This document shows positions 9,384 to 18,618 of a DNA stretch of 64,000 nt, piece after piece. Source of the DNA: Candidatus Micrarchaeia archaeon. Its GTDB lineage: Archaea > Micrarchaeota > Micrarchaeia > Norongarragalinales > CAINOH01. The stretch's first letter is position 1. Each line of letters starts with the position of its first letter. The notes beneath the pieces were generated by a model, which was not told where the DNA came from, made no database searches, and saw only the letters and a program-made list of their open reading frames with translations. The position numbers and the translations under genes were made by a program. The stretch covers positions 582 to 64,581 of the forward strand of contig JBAYMJ010000004.1 in NCBI GenBank assembly GCA_041663565.1, in the 5' to 3' direction.

Positions 9384-11954
9384 TCATTTGCAGGCATCCG
9401 CAGCAGGGTGGTCAATGCACACAAGCGCCTTCAGCTGTTCTATCTGCAACTGCTGCGCAGCCTTGCCAGCCTTGAGCGCGTCGATTTCCTCCTGCTGTTC
9501 CTGCACCGCCTTCACAATTACCGCGGAGAGCTGCCCATAGGCAATCCCTTTCCTGCCATCCTCGCCGGAAACGACTTCGGGAACCACTTTCTCAAGTTCC
9601 TGCGCAACGAACCCGACCTGGGAAGAGTTGTCGGACTTCATCAGGTAGCTTCTTGGCTGCATCAACATCAAATCCGCCAATCCGTAGTGGATGTCCCTTA
9701 CGTCCTTCTTGTAACTTGCATCGGACGCGCTGGTCCACGCGCCTGCGGAAGAGAGGTAGCCTTCGTTCGCTCCGTTGTAGAAGTACAGGTTTCCCGCATA
9801 ACCCAGGTATATTTGGCGATACAGTCCTTCCGACGAATCCTGTATCTCTAGGCCGGTGTAAGGCAGGCTCTTGTTGTTGACCACGTGAAGTGCCGCGGAC
9901 GGGCTTGACGTGCCGATGCCTACGCTGCCGTTGAAGAACGACTGCCCGTTCACGTGCAAGGAAGCCGCGGGACTGGATGTGCCGATGCCGACGCTGCCTT
10001 GGAAGACCGCTGCCGACCCGACTTGATAGCGCACGATTACGATTCCTGAACCGCCATTGCCGCTAACTTCACTAACGCCCCCGCCGCCCTCGCCGCCGGA
10101 ACCGGTATTATCGAGGCCCGACACGCCATTCCCGCCTGCACTCCCGTTGCCGCCGGCTGCGTATGTAACCGGGGTTCCTGAAATATAATTTACATTTCCC
10201 GCGCCACCGAGACCACCGCTAGGATATCCGACGTATCCTGCATGGCTGCTGCCACCGCCACCGCCACCGGAGTTGTTTCCGGGTGCACCAACAATCGCCG
10301 CACCGCCAGCATAACCTTGACCGGCTATTCCAGAACCGCCGGGGGCGCTGTCACGAGCGCCTCCACCGCCCCCAGAACCACCAGCCTGACCATTCCAATC
10401 AATACTATATTCCCCGCCGCGGCCGCCACCCTTCGCTATAATCGTATCAAAAACGGAATCGCTGCCGCTGGTTGCACCACCACCCCAGCCTGCACCGGAT
10501 CCTCCGGCGCCGACAGTTATTATTTTTGCCCCGTTGACGATGAGTGAACCTGAGAGATATCCGCCTGCACCGCCACCACCACCATATCCCCCGCCTCCGG
10601 CGCCGCCGCCAGCAACTACGAGGTATTCAACTTGCGTGACGCCATCCGGCGGGGTGAACGTGCTGTTGCCAATGGTCGTGAACTTGTGGACCCGGTAAGC
10701 CACGCCGTTCTGTACTATTTCATAGACGCTGTCGCCTCCGGACGCCATTGGACCGGAAACAACGTGAAGCTTCGCCTTCGGACTCGCCATCCCTATGCCG
10801 ACGCTGCCGTTGAAGACTGACGTACCCGCCACATGCAACGTAGCCAAAGGATTCGCTGTGCCTATGCCGACGCTGCCTTGGAAGACTGCCGCGGGTCCTG
10901 ATAGTTGGTAGCGTATGATCACGATGCCGGAACCACCATTGCCGCCAACGCCGCCACCCGCCGGAGCTAAGGCAGTAGACCCGCCTCCTCCGCCACCGGT
11001 ATTTGCATCTGCGTTTGAACCGCTCACTGTGGAACGCCCCGTCCCACCGCCACCGATGCCACCTGGCGTAGTTAGCCCGGCAGTTTCGCCTGCCCCTCCG
11101 CCTCCACCGCCTGCATAGTATGTCGGAGTACCTGAAATCGAGTAGGACAGGCCTATTCCGCCAGCTCCGGTAGTTGCACCAGAAACTCCCGCGCCACCCG
11201 CGCCGCCACCGCCACCGCTCCGAGTGCCACCAGTAGCAGCATCTCCAATTGCGCCATTATTGCCCTGGCCAGCGACGCCCTTACCATAGGAATACAAATT
11301 ATCGTAATTATTGGGACGACCACCAGCGCCGCTGCCGCCATCCTCAATATCGGAACGGCCACCGGCGTTGTAACCCGGAGCACCACCCCCGCCTATTGCC
11401 GTCTGAGAGTTAAAGCTACTGTTGGACCCTTTGCTTCCAAAAGCATCATTTGCATTGAACTCGGCTACGGTTGCAGGCCTGCCGGCGCCACCCGCACCTA
11501 CAACAACAGGATAGCTTGTTCCTGCAGTTACAAAGGAAGAGGAATTGTAAATCAGGCCGCCTGCTCCGCCTCCACCACCATACCACGAAGCACCTCCACC
11601 GCCACCCGCAACAATAAGGCATTCGACAGAAGTAACGCCACTAGGCGGAGTGAATGCGCTGGTGCCGACTGCTGTGAACACGTGGACGCGGTAGGTCGTG
11701 TTGTTGACTACGGTGTCATAGACTCGGTCCCCGCCAAAACCGCTGGAACCGCTAACGACATGAAGAGTCGCATTTGGGCTTGACGTGTTGATGCCTACGC
11801 GGCCGGAAGCGGAGTTGACAAAGAACGAACCATTGCCAACGGAAAAGTCGCTGGTCGAGTTGAGCGCACCCTGCACGAGCAGGCTTCCTGCGGACGCGGG
11901 CTGGCACAGGCAAATGACAAGGAACACGGAAATAATCCAAAGGCCAGATTTCAC
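9384..11954 (-). CDS. Paralogous secreted Gly-rich tail-fibre-like protein with C-terminal peptidase S74 chaperone domain
   Basis: N-terminus is near-identical to the 917-aa neighbour (SAGSLLVQGALNSTSDFSVGNGSFFVNSASGRVGINTSSPNATLHVV). It has the same duplicated YRVH.FT…GVT.VEYLVVAGGG motif and Gly-rich tracts. C-terminus SYKKDVRDI…GFVAQELEKVVPEVV…GIAYGQLSAVIVKAVQEQQEEIDALKA. Confidence 0.8.
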   Translation of the reverse strand: MKSGLWIISVFLVICLCQPASAGSLLVQGALNSTSDFSVGNGSFFVNSASGRVGINTSSPNATLHVVSGSSGFGGDRVYDTVVNNTTYRVHVFTAVGTSAFTPPSGVTSVECLIVAGGGGGASWYGGGGGAGGLIYNSSSFVTAGTSYPVVVGAGGAGRPATVAEFNANDAFGSKGSNSSFNSQTAIGGGGAPGYNAGGRSDIEDGGSGAGGRPNNYDNLYSYGKGVAGQGNNGAIGDAATGGTRSGGGGGAGGAGVSGATTGAGGIGLSYSISGTPTYYAGGGGGGAGETAGLTTPGGIGGGGTGRSTVSGSNADANTGGGGGGSTALAPAGGGVGGNGGSGIVIIRYQLSGPAAVFQGSVGIGTANPLATLHVAGTSVFNGSVGIGMASPKAKLHVVSGPMASGGDSVYEIVQNGVAYRVHKFTTIGNSTFTPPDGVTQVEYLVVAGGGAGGGGYGGGGGAGGYLSGSLIVNGAKIITVGAGGSGAGWGGGATSGSDSVFDTIIAKGGGRGGEYSIDWNGQAGGSGGGGGARDSAPGGSGIAGQGYAGGAAIVGAPGNNSGGGGGGSSHAGYVGYPSGGLGGAGNVNYISGTPVTYAAGGNGSAGGNGVSGLDNTGSGGEGGGGVSEVSGNGGSGIVIVRYQVGSAAVFQGSVGIGTSSPAASLHVNGQSFFNGSVGIGTSSPSAALHVVNNKSLPYTGLEIQDSSEGLYRQIYLGYAGNLYFYNGANEGYLSSAGAWTSASDASYKKDVRDIHYGLADLMLMQPRSYLMKSDNSSQVGFVAQELEKVVPEVVSGEDGRKGIAYGQLSAVIVKAVQEQQEEIDALKAGKAAQQLQIEQLKALVCIDHPAADACK

Positions 11955-12012
11955 AAAAACACCAACTTACCAAAACAACCCAACAGTCAAAACGTCAGAA
12001 AGCCAATACGTA

Positions 12013-13404
12013 CTACGTGAACCCGAGGAATATCCACTTGACAACCGTGTTGCTGTCGCACTCCGAACCGACCATCATGACCTCGACGTCGCTGTACTGG
12101 GCCGCGCGCCTTGCAATCGGATAGCCCGAGCACCAGGCCGAATACTGGAGCTGCGTAGCCATGCTTCCGACTGAAGCAGCGGAATTCGAGATGGCGTACG
12201 TCGAGCCGCCGTATGACCCTTTCAGGATGAGCAGCCCCTGGTCCAGCTGGCCTATTGACCTCCAGCCTCCGCCGCCTACGTCGATGGTCCCGCTTTGTAT
12301 TGCTGCCAAGTTGCTCTTTATGTTGCCTGCCGCCTCGATTTTTCCGCTTGAAAATATGTTGACGGGCTTGTTGCCGTTGCTGTCGGATGTCGAGAAGACA
12401 GTTGAGTCGTCGGATGTGACGGTTATGTACATGTGGTTGCCGGTGTTAAAAGTCGTAGGCGTGAACGTCCCTCCGAGAGTGGGCTCGGTGTTGTCCTGTA
12501 TGTAGTCCACGGCACCGCCCGTGCCGTTGTCAACGTAGAACGCGCCAGTTGGCATGTAACCCACCACCCCGCTTTTCCACGCGACGTAATAATCGGCAGT
12601 AGCCGAGGTCAGCGGGCTGCCTATGGTCAGGTCCGCCTGCGAGAAAGCCTGCGTCACCTGCGCGCCTGCAGCCCCAGCAGGCAGCGTGAAGCGCGCGCCG
12701 AACCTTACTGCCCACGTGTTGCCGCCGGTGTTCTCGACAAACAGCAGCCACCACTTTCCTGTTGTGCTTGCGCTGGGCTTGCGGTAGGTCACCGCGGTGT
12801 ACAGCGTGTTCTTTGCAAGCAGGAACTCGGGCGTGTTCTCAACCCCGAAATAAGCGTTGTTCGCGTCGAACCACGAAGTCCCGTCAGTGTGCGGCAACGG
12901 GTGACCCGTCAGGCCGTAGGACGTGTTGCTCCGGACCTGCAGGCTTGCAGACGGGCTTATGATGCCGATGCCCACGTTGCCGGTGCCGTTCTGTATGGTG
13001 ACCCGGTCTGCAATACCTGACTCCGTAACCCTCAGCGTGCCGTCGTAATCCATCCGCACTATGTGCCATTTTAGCGAACCGGATGCATTGCCGAAGAATA
13101 TTACCGAGTTGTTCCACGCGTCGGGACTCACCCTAATAGACCCGTTCACGTCAAGCCTAACTATGGGGCTCACCGTACCGACACCGACGTTGCCGGAAGT
13201 CGCGTTCACGAAAAACGAAATCGAACCGTTGCCAGCAGAAAAGTCGCTGCTTGAGTTGAGCGCACCCTGCACGAGCAGGCTTCCGGCGGACGTGACCGGG
13301 CAGAGGAGGATTGCGCCAAGGAGAAGGAACGCGAAAAAAGCGGGAGCGTCGGCTGCCAAGACGCCGCGCGCCGCATTACCGCCCAAAACAGTTCTTGCAA
13401 TCAT
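12013..13404 (-). CDS. Secreted protein sharing the fibre-like N-terminal module (SAGSLLVQGALNSSSDFSAGNGS…GNVGVGTVSP) but with a distinct C-terminal region
   Basis: 463-aa ORF. Signal-peptide-like N-terminus, and N-terminal motif paralogous to the two S74 proteins. No S74 domain. Confidence 0.65.
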   Translation of the reverse strand: MIARTVLGGNAARGVLAADAPAFFAFLLLGAILLCPVTSAGSLLVQGALNSSSDFSAGNGSISFFVNATSGNVGVGTVSPIVRLDVNGSIRVSPDAWNNSVIFFGNASGSLKWHIVRMDYDGTLRVTESGIADRVTIQNGTGNVGIGIISPSASLQVRSNTSYGLTGHPLPHTDGTSWFDANNAYFGVENTPEFLLAKNTLYTAVTYRKPSASTTGKWWLLFVENTGGNTWAVRFGARFTLPAGAAGAQVTQAFSQADLTIGSPLTSATADYYVAWKSGVVGYMPTGAFYVDNGTGGAVDYIQDNTEPTLGGTFTPTTFNTGNHMYITVTSDDSTVFSTSDSNGNKPVNIFSSGKIEAAGNIKSNLAAIQSGTIDVGGGGWRSIGQLDQGLLILKGSYGGSTYAISNSAASVGSMATQLQYSAWCSGYPIARRAAQYSDVEVMMVGSECDSNTVVKWIFLGFT

Positions 13405-13435
13405 GATATCCTACCCATCATCCAACAAACCCGAA

Positions 13436-16198
13436 TCAACTGCCGTTGTTCTGCATGAGGCTGCCCACCAGGCACATCTGTCCTGTCTCGCTAATGTATG
13501 ACACGGTAACGTTGTTTGCGTCCTTGACCACGAACAGGTTGTCCGACGCGGTGCACGAAGCGTCGTGGTCGCCGCAGGACGCGTCCTCCAAGCACAGGTT
13601 CCCTGCCTCGGTTATGTACGCGTGGGACACGCCAAGGGAGTCGCGGAACGCCAGCGCGCCCGACGGCGGGGTTGCGCAGCTTGCGCCTGCCGAGCAGGCG
13701 CCTGAAAGTATGACGTCGCCTGCCTGCGTGAACGTCGCCACGCTCGTGCCGGTCGGCGCCTGGAAGAACGCTATGCCTGAAGAGAACACGACCTTGCGCA
13801 GCGCCGAGCGCCCCGACCAAGAATCGTTCTGCGCGAACAGGGAATACCACACGCTGCCTTCAAGCAGGGGGCTGCTATACGAGAACAGCCACTTGTCGGG
13901 CGCGTACTTTGCGAGGTTGGAATAATACTGCTGCTGTATCTCGGCTGCGGAAAGAGAGCGGTTCCAGACGCGCACCTCGTCTATGGAGCCGTTGGAGGAA
14001 TAACCCCTGCCGGAACCGATCCACCAAGGATAGTTGGCCGCATTCGTTACGTTCTGGCCGTACATGGGCTGGGTAAGCCCCAAAGCGAGAGGCATCTGTA
14101 CCCCGTTGACGTATATTGAGAAGTTGTTCGTTGAACCGTCGTGCGTCGCCACGACGTAGGTCCATGCGTTCCTCGGAACTACTCCGACTGCGGTCCTTGA
14201 ATACCTGACCCAGCCATAGCCCCAGTGAGGCACGCCCACAAAGACGTCGCCAAAGCCCACGTCGGTCACCAAAAAGTCGAAGCCATAATTGTTGCCGAAC
14301 GACGGGTCGGGTGCTATTAATATGTGGTTGTAGCTGTTACCCTGTATCTTGACCCACGCCCCGACCGTCCAAGGCACGGCGTCTCCGAAAACCCCACCCA
14401 ACGCGCTGCCGTTGGCCTGCAGGTAGTCGTCAACCCCGTCAAACCTCATTGCACTCTCCCACTTCCCTTCCGGGTCCCAGTCGGCGTGCCTTGCCCTGCC
14501 CGCAGCGTAGGCCGCGGCAACTTCCGCGTCCGAAAGGGCGCGAGAGAAGACTCCAACTTCATCTATTGAACCGTTGAACCCGGCCATGAACGAGTCGCCT
14601 ATCCTGTTGAACGCGCCGATGTTAACCGAGTTGTTGGCAAAACACAACGGCCCGTACGCGGCCCTAGAACCGTTGAGCACGCCGTTCAGGTAGACGCGTA
14701 TCGATTGGCGGTCACGGTCGTACGCAGCCGCCACGAAGGTCCAAGAGTTGGCCGGCACCGCGTTTGTTGCAAACCCGTTGTTGGTGCCCGACGGGTCGCC
14801 TGCGGTGTTGTTGATGAATTGGAACGACACGATGCCTGGCGAGGCGAAGAACAGCATGAACTGCTGGTGCTCCTCCGTTCCCGGGCCATAGCGGTACTTG
14901 CCGACAATCTGTGGGCTTGAAAGCGAGCGAGGGTATATCCAAGCCATCACGGTCACCGCGTTGGAAACGTTAGCAGCTGACGCGTTGCCTGCGACGACGT
15001 AGTCGTCCACCCCGTCGAACTGAACCCCGGTTCCGCTCTTGCCTGTTGCCCACCCGCAGTTCGTGACTCCCGTGCCTCCGTTCATGTTGTAGCAGGTTCC
15101 ATTGTTGCGCCAGACGCTCTCGTCGTACGTCGTGTTGCCGGTGTTCTCATCCATGTGCAGAAGCAGCAACGTGTTGCCGTAAATCGTGCCGTTGTTGCCG
15201 TAGCGCGATATGTCCGTCACCTTGCTCGCGGTGTCTCCGATTGCGGAAACGTCGTCGAAGTTGTACGCAAGCACAAGCGAGTCGTTGTATACCGTGTAAT
15301 TCGTCGAGTTCCAATTGAAGATTACGCCCGAAGGCTGCGAAACGTTCTGGATGCTCGCGTTTATGGTGATGCCGCCAAACGCCATCGATGAATTCGCCGG
15401 CGTCGGCGGCAAGAACTGTATTAGCGAGACTGGCGGGCTTGAGATGACGTTGGATACCACCAGGGTTATCGGCACCTGGAAGCTCTGGTTCCCGGTTGAC
15501 CCTGCGCCGACAAGCGATATGAAAAGCTGGCCGGAGTAGGTGCCCTTTGCGAGCGCGCTGGTGTTCACAAGCAAGTCTAGTTGCTGCGTGCCGTAAGCCA
15601 AAAGCGTGAAGTCCGAAGGGCCAAAAGTTAGGTTGACGCTGCCGTTAGACCACGTCGAGGACACCGTGCCTGCCATCTGGACGATTGACGTGCTTGACAC
15701 GAGGATGGCGTCCGAATATCCGCTGCCGGGGGCCACCACCGCGCTTATGGACGTACGATTGATGCGCGCGACCTTGTCGCCGATTATGACCGAAGTGCCG
15801 TCGTTCTCAACCGGCCAATAGTACGTGCCGGAAGAGTCGGGCAGGCTCCCCTGCAGGGAAAAGGAGAAGGTGCGCACGTAGTCCGTGTCCTTTGCACGCA
15901 GGATTATCGCGTTCTGCGTGATGCGCGAGTTGTCCGGGTCGTAGGAGCGCGGCAGGTCTATCGTCACAATCTTGCGCGCGCCCGCGCCCTGCGAGTGCAC
16001 CTCCCGCGCGGCGTTCGCAAGGTCGGTCACCGCGAGGTTTGCGGAGATTTCGACGTTGCGCGAGCTCAGCGCGTCGCTCCGGCCGACCGTGACCGCGTAG
16101 ATTATCGCAAATACGACTACCGCTGCGGCGAAAAGGAGCAGGAACTCCGTTGAACTCTGCCCCCTGGCCTTGACGCTCCCCATAAAACCCGGTATCAA
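13436..16198 (-). CDS. Large (920 aa) surface protein with class-III (pilin-type) signal peptide and LamG/ConA-like domains
   Basis: N-terminus MIPGFMGSVKARGQSSTEFLLLFAAAVVVFAIIYAV (KARGQ-SSTEF). LamG motifs GVQFDGVDDYVVAGNASA and GSIDEVGVFSRALSDAEVAAAYAAGRARHADW. Shares the YGNTLLLLHMDENTGNTTYDESVWRNNGTCYNM module and an ~88%-identical ~300-nt DNA repeat with the giant gene. True start may be the internal Met (MGSVKARGQ, 16183). Confidence 0.8.
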   Translation of the reverse strand: MIPGFMGSVKARGQSSTEFLLLFAAAVVVFAIIYAVTVGRSDALSSRNVEISANLAVTDLANAAREVHSQGAGARKIVTIDLPRSYDPDNSRITQNAIILRAKDTDYVRTFSFSLQGSLPDSSGTYYWPVENDGTSVIIGDKVARINRTSISAVVAPGSGYSDAILVSSTSIVQMAGTVSSTWSNGSVNLTFGPSDFTLLAYGTQQLDLLVNTSALAKGTYSGQLFISLVGAGSTGNQSFQVPITLVVSNVISSPPVSLIQFLPPTPANSSMAFGGITINASIQNVSQPSGVIFNWNSTNYTVYNDSLVLAYNFDDVSAIGDTASKVTDISRYGNNGTIYGNTLLLLHMDENTGNTTYDESVWRNNGTCYNMNGGTGVTNCGWATGKSGTGVQFDGVDDYVVAGNASAANVSNAVTVMAWIYPRSLSSPQIVGKYRYGPGTEEHQQFMLFFASPGIVSFQFINNTAGDPSGTNNGFATNAVPANSWTFVAAAYDRDRQSIRVYLNGVLNGSRAAYGPLCFANNSVNIGAFNRIGDSFMAGFNGSIDEVGVFSRALSDAEVAAAYAAGRARHADWDPEGKWESAMRFDGVDDYLQANGSALGGVFGDAVPWTVGAWVKIQGNSYNHILIAPDPSFGNNYGFDFLVTDVGFGDVFVGVPHWGYGWVRYSRTAVGVVPRNAWTYVVATHDGSTNNFSIYVNGVQMPLALGLTQPMYGQNVTNAANYPWWIGSGRGYSSNGSIDEVRVWNRSLSAAEIQQQYYSNLAKYAPDKWLFSYSSPLLEGSVWYSLFAQNDSWSGRSALRKVVFSSGIAFFQAPTGTSVATFTQAGDVILSGACSAGASCATPPSGALAFRDSLGVSHAYITEAGNLCLEDASCGDHDASCTASDNLFVVKDANNVTVSYISETGQMCLVGSLMQNNGS
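15082..15362. repeat. Repeat copy 4, inside the 920-aa LamG gene
   Basis: See copy 2. Confidence 0.6.
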
Positions 16199-16499
16199 GC
16201 AGGTAATCGGGACTTTTTAACTCACCGGAAATGAAGTGCATAAACTGTTTTTTACTCGAAGAATGACAACAAAATCCGATGAATTACAAAGCCCGTTTGG
16301 GCGGCGAAATGAAAATGGAAAACCGACTTGACAAAACTAGGGGCTTGCCTGGAAACAAAACTCCCTGCAAGACACGGCACGGCTCCGGGAAAAGCATAAA
16401 AACATACTCAAATAACATATGTTCGGGGGGATTGTCCTGAAGGAACATTGGATATACCCCACATGGCAGTCGCTTCCCCTAATCCCGAGCCGTTCTGCG

Positions 16500-16718
16500 A
16501 TGAACGAACTTTGGAAGTACGGCCTCGCATTGGACGATGCAAAACAGGTGCTTGAGGAAGGCTACGACTGCTCGGACGGAAAACGCAAAAAGACCGTGTT
16601 CGAACGGTGCCTGCACAGCAGAGGCAAGGTCATCAAAATCGTTGTCGCATGCGGCTACAACCATTCCCTTGCAACGGACTGCTGGGTGGTCACGCACGTC
16701 GGCACGGTCAAAGAATGA
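16500..16718 (+). CDS. DUF4258-like small protein, putative type II toxin (ORF track start 16419; likely true start at the Met of MNELWKYG)
   Basis: The pattern …VLEEGY…KR..VFERC..RGKVIKIVVACGYN…WVVTHVG resembles the DUF4258 family. It sits immediately upstream of a Zn-ribbon/AbrB-like partner. Confidence 0.45.
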   Translation: MNELWKYGLALDDAKQVLEEGYDCSDGKRKKTVFERCLHSRGKVIKIVVACGYNHSLATDCWVVTHVGTVKE

Positions 16719-16733
16719 GGGAAAGGAATTCTT

Positions 16734-17057
16734 ATGGCTGGAAAAAAGAAGGGAATGGATTGCGTCAAGTGCGGGGGGCTAGCTAAGCCCGCCAAAACCG
16801 GGTTCCAGGGCATCGATATAGACGGGTGGAAGTGCACGCGGTGCGGCGAGGTATATTACGACCCGGCCCAGGCACAGCGGATACTCCTGCTTCACAAGCT
16901 CGGGCACGAAGAGATTGAAGCCAAGCTAGGCAAGGTGCGGAGCAACCTGATACTGCGCATCCCAAAGGCGGTTGAGGAAGGCCTCGGGCTCAAGGAAGGC
17001 GAAAAAATCAGGCTCAAGGTGCGGAACGCGACGGAATTGACGCTCACAACGGGATAA
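16734..17057 (+). CDS. Zinc-ribbon (CxxC…CxxC) plus AbrB/SpoVT-like swapped-hairpin domain protein, putative antitoxin
   Basis: N-terminus CVKCGG…CTRCGEVYYD. C-terminus LILRIPKAVEEGLGLKEGEKIRLKV is AbrB/MazE-like. 15-nt gap from the upstream small ORF. Confidence 0.5.
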   Translation: MAGKKKGMDCVKCGGLAKPAKTGFQGIDIDGWKCTRCGEVYYDPAQAQRILLLHKLGHEEIEAKLGKVRSNLILRIPKAVEEGLGLKEGEKIRLKVRNATELTLTTG

Positions 17058-17153
17058 GAGCAAGGAAAGAAAAACGGACTTTGAAAACGGGACCTGCGGA
17101 GCCTGTCTCTTTGCAATATAAAAAAACCGCCGCACAAAAGTAGTTGGGAAGAT

Positions 17154-18206
17154 TTGAACATGGAAAAAACATCGCGCGCAACCGCATCCGCACCCAACAA
17201 GATAATACTCGCAGGCGAGCACAGCGTGGTGTACGGCGGCAAGGCAATCAGCGTGCCAGTTGAGGTCAACGGCAGGCGCAACGGGGCGATTGCGACCGTC
17301 GCGAAGGGAAGCGGCAGGATTGCGGTGACCGCAGGAAGGCAGACCTCGACGCTCTCGGACGGATTGGCCGCGGGCGACCGCGAGTTTTTCCCGGTGCTGC
17401 ACGCAGTTGGCTTTGCCCTGCAGGAGCATGCAAAGCAGCTTGCTGAAAGCGACGTGCACATCACATTGCACTTTTCGGGCGCGCCGAAGGGCACCGGCAA
17501 CTCCGCGTCGATGTCCGCAGCCGCGGTATGCGCGTCGTGCGCGGCACTTGGCTGCACACTTACCAATGAAGAGCTGTTCAACGCGACGATGGTTGCAGAG
17601 AACGAGTACCACGCGGGGAAGGCCTCGGGGCTGGATCCGATGACGGTGTGTTCGGACGAGCCGCTGGTTTTTCGCAAGGAATTTTCTAAGAAAGGCGTGC
17701 GCTTCGACTACGTGCGGAAAAAGCTCTCTCTGCCCAAGGGCACTTCGCTCCTTCTGGTGAACGCGCTGTTTGGCGGAAAACGCGCGTACACCGACGAGAT
17801 GATAAGCGCGTTCGCACAGGCAAACAGGATTGACTGCGCGCCCGACGCCCTCCCGAAGGAGCGCCAAAAGTCGCTTGTCGCGGCGTACGACATGCTGGTC
17901 GAGGAAATGGAAAAGGAGCTTCACCCCGACGGCAGCATGGAGACCCTCGGCGAGCTCTTCGACGAGAACCACGCGCTGCTTTCATGCTCGGGAGTGTCGT
18001 GCCACAGCATCGAACGGGTGAGGAAAGTCGCCGCAAACAACGGCGCGCTCGGCTCCAAGCTGACCGGGGCGGGCGGCAACGGCGGGTGCGTCCTGGTCCT
18101 TTCCGCAAGCGAGGACGAGGAAAGCATCAGGGACGCGCTGGAGAAGCAGGACTTCCGGTGCTTCAATGCGGAGTTCTCGCACAGGGGCGCCGGGATAGAC
18201 CGCTAG
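17154..18206 (+). CDS. mvk: Mevalonate kinase (GHMP kinase family)
   Basis: KIILAGEHSVVYG N-terminal motif, GKASGLD, and the GHMP ATP-binding motif KLTGAGGNGGCVLVL. Confidence 0.85.
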   Translation: MNMEKTSRATASAPNKIILAGEHSVVYGGKAISVPVEVNGRRNGAIATVAKGSGRIAVTAGRQTSTLSDGLAAGDREFFPVLHAVGFALQEHAKQLAESDVHITLHFSGAPKGTGNSASMSAAAVCASCAALGCTLTNEELFNATMVAENEYHAGKASGLDPMTVCSDEPLVFRKEFSKKGVRFDYVRKKLSLPKGTSLLLVNALFGGKRAYTDEMISAFAQANRIDCAPDALPKERQKSLVAAYDMLVEEMEKELHPDGSMETLGELFDENHALLSCSGVSCHSIERVRKVAANNGALGSKLTGAGGNGGCVLVLSASEDEESIRDALEKQDFRCFNAEFSHRGAGIDR

Positions 18207-18328
18207 CAGAATCATCGGCAACCCGCCCAGTAAAAGATTAACTACTGCTTTTCACACCGACTTTGCGATAGGCGACTTTCCAAGTCCCCCGCAGGCAACA
18301 GGATAAAAGCCTTGCTTGCCTACAAATT

Positions 18329-18345
18329 GATATCAAATAGATATC
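18329..18345. promoter_or_regulatory. Tandem palindromic hexamer GATATC-aaata-GATATC, putative operator for the downstream RHH antitoxin/RelE pair
   Basis: The motif lies 15 nt upstream of an SD-like ggtgg and the ATG at 18361. Confidence 0.3.
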
Positions 18346-18360
18346 TAAAAGGTGGAATGA

Positions 18361-18618
18361 ATGGAAATGATTGTCAGGCTTGACGGCATGGTGGAAAAAA
18401 TCCTGAACTCGCTTGTCAAGCAGGGTTACTACAAGACCAAGACCGAGGCAATCCGTGCGGGAATACTTTGGATGGGAAGGGACTACAACCTCATAACCGA
18501 CCCCGAAGCAAGGCTTGTCTCCAAAAGGATAAGGCAGATGGAGGCCGAGGTAGCTGCAGGAAAGAAGAGGATGGTTCCCATCGAGGAAGTCGCCAGGAAA
18601 GCTGGCGTTAAGATATGA
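18361..18618 (+). CDS. Small DNA-binding antitoxin-like protein (RHH/CopG/ParD-like)
   Basis: 85 aa. Its 4-nt overlap (ATGA) with the downstream RelE/ParE-family ORF is the classic TA arrangement. Confidence 0.55.
   Translation: MEMIVRLDGMVEKILNSLVKQGYYKTKTEAIRAGILWMGRDYNLITDPEARLVSKRIRQMEAEVAAGKKRMVPIEEVARKAGVKI

Noticed and set aside
16892-17972. Minus-strand ORFs 16892..17677 and 16926..17972 overlapping mvk
   Set aside because: Antisense to a well-supported GHMP-kinase gene. Compositionally biased (R/A-rich) translations.
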